The position numbers and the translations under genes were made by a program. A DNA stretch of 64,000 nt from positions 80,486-144,485 of the IMG/VR virus record IMGVR_UViG_3300022188_000007, one strand, 5' to 3'. Shown here piece after piece: positions 58,043-64,000 of this stretch. Position 1 is the stretch's first letter; every line of letters starts with the position of its first letter. The notes beneath the pieces were generated by a model. That model saw only the letters and a program-made list of their open reading frames with translations. It searched no databases and was not told the DNA's origin. The DNA is from a virus.

Positions 58043-61000
58043 ATGGCCACCATCGTCAAATCAGTTGAGTATGTAGAAATAGATGTACTCTCTACTGAAT
58101 TAGATGTTAGTAGTAGTTTGACTAAAGGACAGGATTATAGAAACTGTGTCCCTTTCATGACGTCACATTCTACTAATGATTATCTTGATAGTAAGCTTTT
58201 TGATATGTACTTTTCTGGTACCTTTATTAATGGTATTATTAATTTCAGTAGAGGTAATTTAAGAGTATCTACTGCTACTATTAAATGTTATGTGGTTGAA
58301 TTTTACCCATCTCAAGTAAAAGTACAACAAGGTACTTTTGATAATAGCTCTGCTACAACTGATACTGTCACATTACCAATCTCTTTAAATAGTAAAGACA
58401 AGGCAGCAGTTGTTTTTTCTTGGAAAACTACATCATCTTCTCAACAGTACAGGGCATTAGTAGTTAGAGGACGTGTACTAGATGAAACATCCATGGATTT
58501 TTATAGGAATTACGTAGATGGTAGCTGTACGGGTCACTGGTTTTTATTTGAAGACCTTGTTAATAATTTTAAAGTTACACATAAAGATAGCTCTTACACT
58601 AGTGCTGGTCAAACATTAACCATAGATGATGGAAGATGTGTTGACCCCTTAAGGACCTTCCTTTTAGGGTCTTATGCCTCCGCAGGCGTTAATACTGGTT
58701 ATCTTACTAGAGGAACTACTAGAATATTTCTATACTCTAATGGGGCGATACGGAGTGATAAGCAAGATGTGTCTTATTACACTATATATTGGAACTGCCA
58801 GGTTATAGAGTTCTTGGATCAGGAAAAAATATATGTCCCTTTTGATCATTTTTTAACGTCGTTTACTACCGCTACACAGACTAGGGCTGTGGGAGACCAA
58901 CCAAATAATGTACCATTTATATGTGATATGGACTATAGTATGGTAATTTCATCCATGCCACAGGGTATGTGCAGGGCTAATCAAACTGTGGTAGCTGCCA
59001 TGAAAGAAGCATTTGTTTCTGTTGAGTTAGTAGACGGAGCCTCTATTGAGTATACAAAAGGGGCAGCTGTTTATGCCAATTATCCTGCTTATGTTACTGC
59101 GGTAGATTGGATGGGTATTACTGTAGATATAGGTACTAATGACTCACCTATTCCTGAAGGAGGCGAACCCGGGGAATCGTTTGTTAAGTCAGTAGAAAAT
59201 TTTAGATTTACTCTTGATGACTATTTTGGTGCTAGGGTATTAAGTAAAGGCCAAAACTGGTTAAATTGTGCTATTTTTTCATCTACTAGGGGAACTGGTG
59301 GGGATAATATAAATCAAAATATGGCCAATGTGTATATAGTATCTCCAGGAATAGTTTGTTTTAAAGCATGGGATACCACAGCTCAAATTATAGATGTGAG
59401 TGTAGTAGAGTTCTGGCCGGATCAAGTTAAAGTTCAACATCAGAATAGCTATTTAAAGACAACTACTACAACTACTACTGAGATTGAAGAGCTGTCCGAT
59501 ATTAATAAGTGTCTTATCACTTCTGCGACTTTTGTTGCTGGAGCATCTGCCGACGGTCGTCAGAATATGGTGCGTACGGGCTTTTTAGATAATACTACAG
59601 TAGAATTCTACCGGTATACCTCTACTTATGCAACAGATGTGTCTTTTTTTATTGTAGAGGATCTACAAGATAACTTCGATTCAGTACATTTTAAAGGTGA
59701 TTTTACTTCCGCTAATCAAAATATATACGACGACACCCATAATTGGGATTATTCCAATACATTCATCATAACATCTTATGCTTCAGCTAATGTTAGCACT
59801 ACACCTAGTAGGAGTTTTATCAGTGCTTATTATGCAGGGGAGTTTAAACCCACTTATTTAGTTAAATACGATGCATCTTATTATACTGTTTATTATTATA
59901 CTACAGTGGTTAAATTTAACCAAAAGAGTAAACATGTGCAACACTTTAGTGCAACATTTAATGTGGCATCACTTACTGGGGAATATTCTGTAGATTTCGC
60001 TAATCATTCTAATGCTTTAACTTGTTATAATACAGGTCAGCAAAGTAGTATGAAGTGTGATACTACGGCTGCCACCGGCATATCAGATTCTTTTGCTACA
60101 ATTAGAATTACGGACTACGATAATAGAACCTATGAGCAGTCAAAGCCCTCACATACTTACACTTCTCATGGTTCTTTTATTATGATTGATTGGATTGGCC
60201 AGCATTATCAAAAAGAGTATGATGTAGCTAAAATGACGCCGACAAAGTCAGTTATTAACTCTGTACAGATAGCTTCTTCAGATAATACTGATGGTTATTT
60301 AATTATCCCTCTAACAAAAGGTCAAAATATAAAACAATGTGTACCTTTTATTAGTTCATCTACGGCATCCAGTGATAATGAGCCTGTTAGATTTTATAGA
60401 TCTGTGTATAGGTATGAAGATCCTGACACTTTTAGTGTTAGATTCGGTAGTGACGCAACTAGTACTAGAAAAACTACTTGTTATATTACTGAATTTAGTG
60501 AAGATATCAAAATTCAGTATGGGGCAGGGTACGCTGATGGGTATACAAAAATATTCACTATAAACGAAGTTAATTTAGATAGAGCTTTTTTAGTTTTTTA
60601 TGGTTATAGTGACTCATGGGAAAATTTTATAAGGAATCATGCTATATGTGGCCATTTTAAAAGCTCCACCGAGTTGGAATTTATTAGGACTTATACAGGA
60701 GAACAGATGTGCGTAGGTTGGTATGTGGTAGAATGTCCTGATGACGATAGTTACTGGAAAGTACAGCATATATATGAAACTAGTTTGGGAGGCCAGGGCA
60801 CTCAGGTAGTTGATATTCCTAATCATTACAATATAAATAATACCTTATTTTTTGCTTCTTGGACATCCACCGCTGCTGGTGCATACCCCAGCAGGAGTAT
60901 GTACAGAATGCGTCCCACACTTCAGAGTATAGAGTTTAATAAATACGATGTCTCTTATTATAACATGGATAATGTAAATGTGGAGGTAATCCAAATTTCA

Positions 61001-61615
61001 AAAGAACTAGTTGCTAGAGGATTTAAAGCCAGCGGGAATGATGTTAGTTTGAATACAACAACTACATCTACTGATATAGACCTTAGGGGAAATAACTTTG
61101 ATTTGACTAGATCAATGGTAATTAGTGGTAATCAAGGAAATGAGGGTCGTGTGGATACTACAGCAGCTGCCGCCTTTGATGAGGGGTATCATCACTATTC
61201 TTTTAAAGATAGTAATACAGTAACAGCAATAAAAACTGGAGGAGTATCTTATAATACTTATAGTTATTTTTTCGTGTACCAATGGCCAGAATTTAATAAG
61301 TACTATATGGAGGGCACTGTTATCGAAGACATTGACGCACAGGAGATCCCAATAGACAGAGAGGTCTTGGCTTATCGTTCATCCACTGGAGAACTGGTGG
61401 ATAAAACTACCTCATCTGGGGGGTATTTCTTTGTGGAAACTCCTTACCCTGATAAGCACCATATAGTTTGCAGGGACGATGAAGCCGGCAATGATTATAA
61501 TGATTTAATTTATGGTAGTATGCAGCCAGCTGTTATTTCAGGGACTTTCGCTTATAACGAGGGGCTAGTTACTATATCTGGGATGTATATTGGTGTACCT
61601 CTTGGGAGGTTATAA
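58043..61615 (+). CDS. Tail-associated protein with three ~360-aa internal repeats (1,190 aa)
   Basis: Units start at ~58055, ~59183 and ~60251 (VKSVE...LTKGQ..NCVPF / VKSVE...LSKGQ..NCAIF / INSVQ...LTKGQ..QCVPF). A small C-terminal beta domain reads REVLAYRSSTGELVDKTTS. Confidence 0.75.
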   Translation: MATIVKSVEYVEIDVLSTELDVSSSLTKGQDYRNCVPFMTSHSTNDYLDSKLFDMYFSGTFINGIINFSRGNLRVSTATIKCYVVEFYPSQVKVQQGTFDNSSATTDTVTLPISLNSKDKAAVVFSWKTTSSSQQYRALVVRGRVLDETSMDFYRNYVDGSCTGHWFLFEDLVNNFKVTHKDSSYTSAGQTLTIDDGRCVDPLRTFLLGSYASAGVNTGYLTRGTTRIFLYSNGAIRSDKQDVSYYTIYWNCQVIEFLDQEKIYVPFDHFLTSFTTATQTRAVGDQPNNVPFICDMDYSMVISSMPQGMCRANQTVVAAMKEAFVSVELVDGASIEYTKGAAVYANYPAYVTAVDWMGITVDIGTNDSPIPEGGEPGESFVKSVENFRFTLDDYFGARVLSKGQNWLNCAIFSSTRGTGGDNINQNMANVYIVSPGIVCFKAWDTTAQIIDVSVVEFWPDQVKVQHQNSYLKTTTTTTTEIEELSDINKCLITSATFVAGASADGRQNMVRTGFLDNTTVEFYRYTSTYATDVSFFIVEDLQDNFDSVHFKGDFTSANQNIYDDTHNWDYSNTFIITSYASANVSTTPSRSFISAYYAGEFKPTYLVKYDASYYTVYYYTTVVKFNQKSKHVQHFSATFNVASLTGEYSVDFANHSNALTCYNTGQQSSMKCDTTAATGISDSFATIRITDYDNRTYEQSKPSHTYTSHGSFIMIDWIGQHYQKEYDVAKMTPTKSVINSVQIASSDNTDGYLIIPLTKGQNIKQCVPFISSSTASSDNEPVRFYRSVYRYEDPDTFSVRFGSDATSTRKTTCYITEFSEDIKIQYGAGYADGYTKIFTINEVNLDRAFLVFYGYSDSWENFIRNHAICGHFKSSTELEFIRTYTGEQMCVGWYVVECPDDDSYWKVQHIYETSLGGQGTQVVDIPNHYNINNTLFFASWTSTAAGAYPSRSMYRMRPTLQSIEFNKYDVSYYNMDNVNVEVIQISKELVARGFKASGNDVSLNTTTTSTDIDLRGNNFDLTRSMVISGNQGNEGRVDTTAAAAFDEGYHHYSFKDSNTVTAIKTGGVSYNTYSYFFVYQWPEFNKYYMEGTVIEDIDAQEIPIDREVLAYRSSTGELVDKTTSSGGYFFVETPYPDKHHIVCRDDEAGNDYNDLIYGSMQPAVISGTFAYNEGLVTISGMYIGVPLGRL

Positions 61616-61618
61616 TAT

Positions 61619-62596
61619 ATGGTAGATTTATATTCTTGGGTGGATGACCCTTCCTATTCTTGGACGGATGAGCCATATATTCAATGGTCTGTTTCTGTTG
61701 ATAGCGCTCTTAATCAGGTTTGGCAGGATATAAATTATGCTTACGCTGCTACTTCAGAAGGACTAGACATCATAGATATAAACTCAACTGAAAAAATAGC
61801 GTATGTGTCATTAGTAGGTGGTTTTTCCACCATATGGGCATCAGAAGATACTATTTATTTAGGTACTAATGGAGGGGTTAAATATTTAAGTAAGTCTTCT
61901 ATATTAGGGGATAGTGCTTCTCCAATTAACTTAACGGCCTTTTTAAATAGCTACACTTATTATGCTCCGGCATCTACAGATGTTAGGTATATTCATGGGT
62001 TTGAAAATAAACTATCCATAGTCACTGCTTCTGGTATGGACCTGGTAGACAACACTAGTGGGGGCTTTAAAAGTTCCACCTCTAATACTAAAATTGGAAA
62101 ATGTTTTTCAACAGCCGATAGATCGGTGTATTATACAGTTAATAATGCTTCAATTAATGGGGTATTTAAAGTAAATTCTTACTTGTTTGATTGGGATACA
62201 CCTGATATTAGTTATGTAACTGATGATTCTTTTTTACCCAATGTAGTAATAAATGATATATTTATTACACTACAAACAGCGAGCAGTGGGGTCAATAATA
62301 CAATATTTGTGGCAACATCTTCAGGGGTTTATATATTTGATGAAGACTCAGCTCAAGTTGATCATTATACAAATGAATTAGCAGGTACCTCTATAAATAT
62401 TACCGGTATATGGGCTGATCAGGCTTCCAGTATTGGATCTGGTAAGATGTATATAGTGTCTAGTGGTGAAGGTGCTGGGTTTTCTGTTTTTGATTTGGAT
62501 ACTAAGTCTTTATGGGATAAATATACATTAACAGATAAGGGCCGGACAAATGAAGTATTAGTATCAGAAGATTTGATTGATGTAGGAGGTGCTTAA
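61619..62596 (+). CDS. Beta-propeller-like virion protein (325 aa)
   Basis: Repeating YAATSEGLDIID, IYLGTNGGVKY, IVTASGMDLVD, IFVATSSGVYIFD blades. Confidence 0.7.
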   Translation: MVDLYSWVDDPSYSWTDEPYIQWSVSVDSALNQVWQDINYAYAATSEGLDIIDINSTEKIAYVSLVGGFSTIWASEDTIYLGTNGGVKYLSKSSILGDSASPINLTAFLNSYTYYAPASTDVRYIHGFENKLSIVTASGMDLVDNTSGGFKSSTSNTKIGKCFSTADRSVYYTVNNASINGVFKVNSYLFDWDTPDISYVTDDSFLPNVVINDIFITLQTASSGVNNTIFVATSSGVYIFDEDSAQVDHYTNELAGTSINITGIWADQASSIGSGKMYIVSSGEGAGFSVFDLDTKSLWDKYTLTDKGRTNEVLVSEDLIDVGGA

Positions 62597-64000
62597 TGGT
62601 AGATTTTATACCACCAGAAAGTACAAAAATACCATTTAAGTTTGATTCTAGTGGGTATACTCCCCCAGATTTTACTAGTGTTGATTTTAAATTCTCCCCT
62701 ACACTAGTTAAAGTAGCACTTAATAATGCTATTAATGGTGTGGCAGTGTATCAACAGCCAAAAGATTATTTAAAAAGTTGCAATACTAATGTAGTAGGTT
62801 ACACTTCAGGAAGTTTACAGATATTTAAAAGTGATTGTATTTATGGTGGTATACGGGACCTTTCAGTAATATTACGGTCTATTAATTTTACCGACATACC
62901 CGCTTATATTAAAATAGGCACTACAGATTATATTGATTTAGATTTATCTTTAAAGGGTTGGAGTAAAGAAGTAATTAGTAATATTACTGGTGCCCTTAAA
63001 GGTTGGATAGTTGAACAATCTAAAGATTTACCTTGGTATATAAAACAAGGTCTCACAGGTCAAGTTGATTTAGTAAAACACTTAAAGGTTTTTCAACATC
63101 AACAAGCGTATTTTACTGAAATAATAAAAGGCTGGTCTACTGGGGTCACTAAAGACTTATTTAATACTGTAAAGTCATGGCAATCTGATATAATTGATAT
63201 TTCTGAATATATTAAGACTACCATTCAAGAAACTAGTGATTTAAATACTATTGTATATAAGATTTGGCAGCATAGTAATAGAGATATTAATTTAATGTTG
63301 CATGGTTGGCAAGCTGCTGACTTACAATCTATTATACAGGCTTGGCACACTGAAAATTTAAATGGTATTCTCCGAGCTACTTATTTTAGTGATGTAGGAG
63401 CTTTTTTATATGCTATACAGCCTGTAGATATTGAAGCCGAAGTCATGGGTTGGGCTATACAAGACTTGCAGATATATATAGCTAAAGGACAATATGATGG
63501 GGACCTGTCCGCTGATATCTACGGTATAACTTCTATTAATTTACCATTCCATCTAGTAGGGAAGTTAGGTATTCAAACTATAAAGGATCTAAAGGGCACC
63601 ATGACTAATTTTGCCGTTGAAGACCTGCCTGTTTATCTGAATACTATTAGTTATTCAGATCTAAATGCTTATTTACTTTCTTCACGTCTTACTGCCGATT
63701 TAAGGTTTGAAATATACCCAAAAATTGTTTTTGTTAGACACAATATAAATGTATCTTTTTTGGAACACAGGGATTTGGTAGCATCTATTAATCATACCTG
63801 TGTTAGTTCTGGGTTTAAAGAATTACAATTTTCATTACTAGCTAAACATAAATATGACTTACCTTGTCGTATATATGGAGGGGATGGTAGTAATATAGTA
63901 GATCTAAAAGTACTTATTAATTCTTACGAATATATATCTCAGAATACTATACCAGTTATGTATATTAATCTAGAACCGGTAACAAGGGCTAATATATATT
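62596..64000 (+). CDS. 3'-truncated repeat protein (>468 aa) missing from the supplied ORF track
   Basis: ATG at 62596 overlaps the previous TAA, with SD aggagg. Manual translation (MVDFIPPESTKIPFKFDSSGYTPPDF...) is open to the window end and shows ~12-15-aa D-L-x-x-x-[IL]-x-[GA]W repeats. Confidence 0.85.
   Translation, partial: MVDFIPPESTKIPFKFDSSGYTPPDFTSVDFKFSPTLVKVALNNAINGVAVYQQPKDYLKSCNTNVVGYTSGSLQIFKSDCIYGGIRDLSVILRSINFTDIPAYIKIGTTDYIDLDLSLKGWSKEVISNITGALKGWIVEQSKDLPWYIKQGLTGQVDLVKHLKVFQHQQAYFTEIIKGWSTGVTKDLFNTVKSWQSDIIDISEYIKTTIQETSDLNTIVYKIWQHSNRDINLMLHGWQAADLQSIIQAWHTENLNGILRATYFSDVGAFLYAIQPVDIEAEVMGWAIQDLQIYIAKGQYDGDLSADIYGITSINLPFHLVGKLGIQTIKDLKGTMTNFAVEDLPVYLNTISYSDLNAYLLSSRLTADLRFEIYPKIVFVRHNINVSFLEHRDLVASINHTCVSSGFKELQFSLLAKHKYDLPCRIYGGDGSNIVDLKVLINSYEYISQNTIPVMYINLEPVTRANIY

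Noticed and set aside
380-60826. The many short minus-strand and alternative-frame ORFs in the track
   Set aside because: All lie within long, coupled + strand genes, show shadow-ORF composition and lack recognisable motifs.
1-64000. Stop-codon reassignment as seen in some large phages
   Set aside because: Code 11 gives near-complete coding density. TAG (25724, 36593) and TGA (21376, 23308, 36303, 42730) end genes directly before new starts.
43160-64000. Diversity-generating retroelement acting on fibre genes
   Set aside because: No reverse transcriptase and no near-identical template/variable repeat pair with adenine-specific mismatches was seen in this window.

Overview
AT-rich, densely coding 64-kb segment with every credible gene on the + strand, tightly coupled and mostly preceded by AAGGAG/GGAGG Shine-Dalgarno sites. 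It reads as the tail/baseplate/tail-fibre morphogenesis module of a very large (jumbo-type) tailed phage using the standard genetic code. It opens inside a giant (>5,260 aa, 5'-truncated) tape-measure protein. That protein carries a TP901-type tape-measure core at about residue 1,400, a Cas4/RecB-like PD-(D/E)xK nuclease domain upstream of the core, possible two-barrel RNA-polymerase bridge-helix/trigger-loop motifs at the window edge, repeated [FYK]xxGG motifs and an 18-copy heptad repeat. Downstream are hub-, spike- and tube-like genes, a catalytically degenerate phosphono/sulfopyruvate decarboxylase (ThDP enzyme) gene pair, three paralogous Ig-domain proteins, T-x-S-G-rich proteins and an internally deleted HNH remnant. 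After these come a small FmdB zinc-ribbon island, a Cys-rich 1,863-aa protein and several very large modular fibre/adhesin proteins (LamG, discoidin, CBM-like, beta-propeller). A 21-bp intergenic motif recurs upstream of three genes. I saw no tRNA, rRNA, CRISPR array, integrase or reverse transcriptase. All family calls come from reading motifs by eye; no database search was run.
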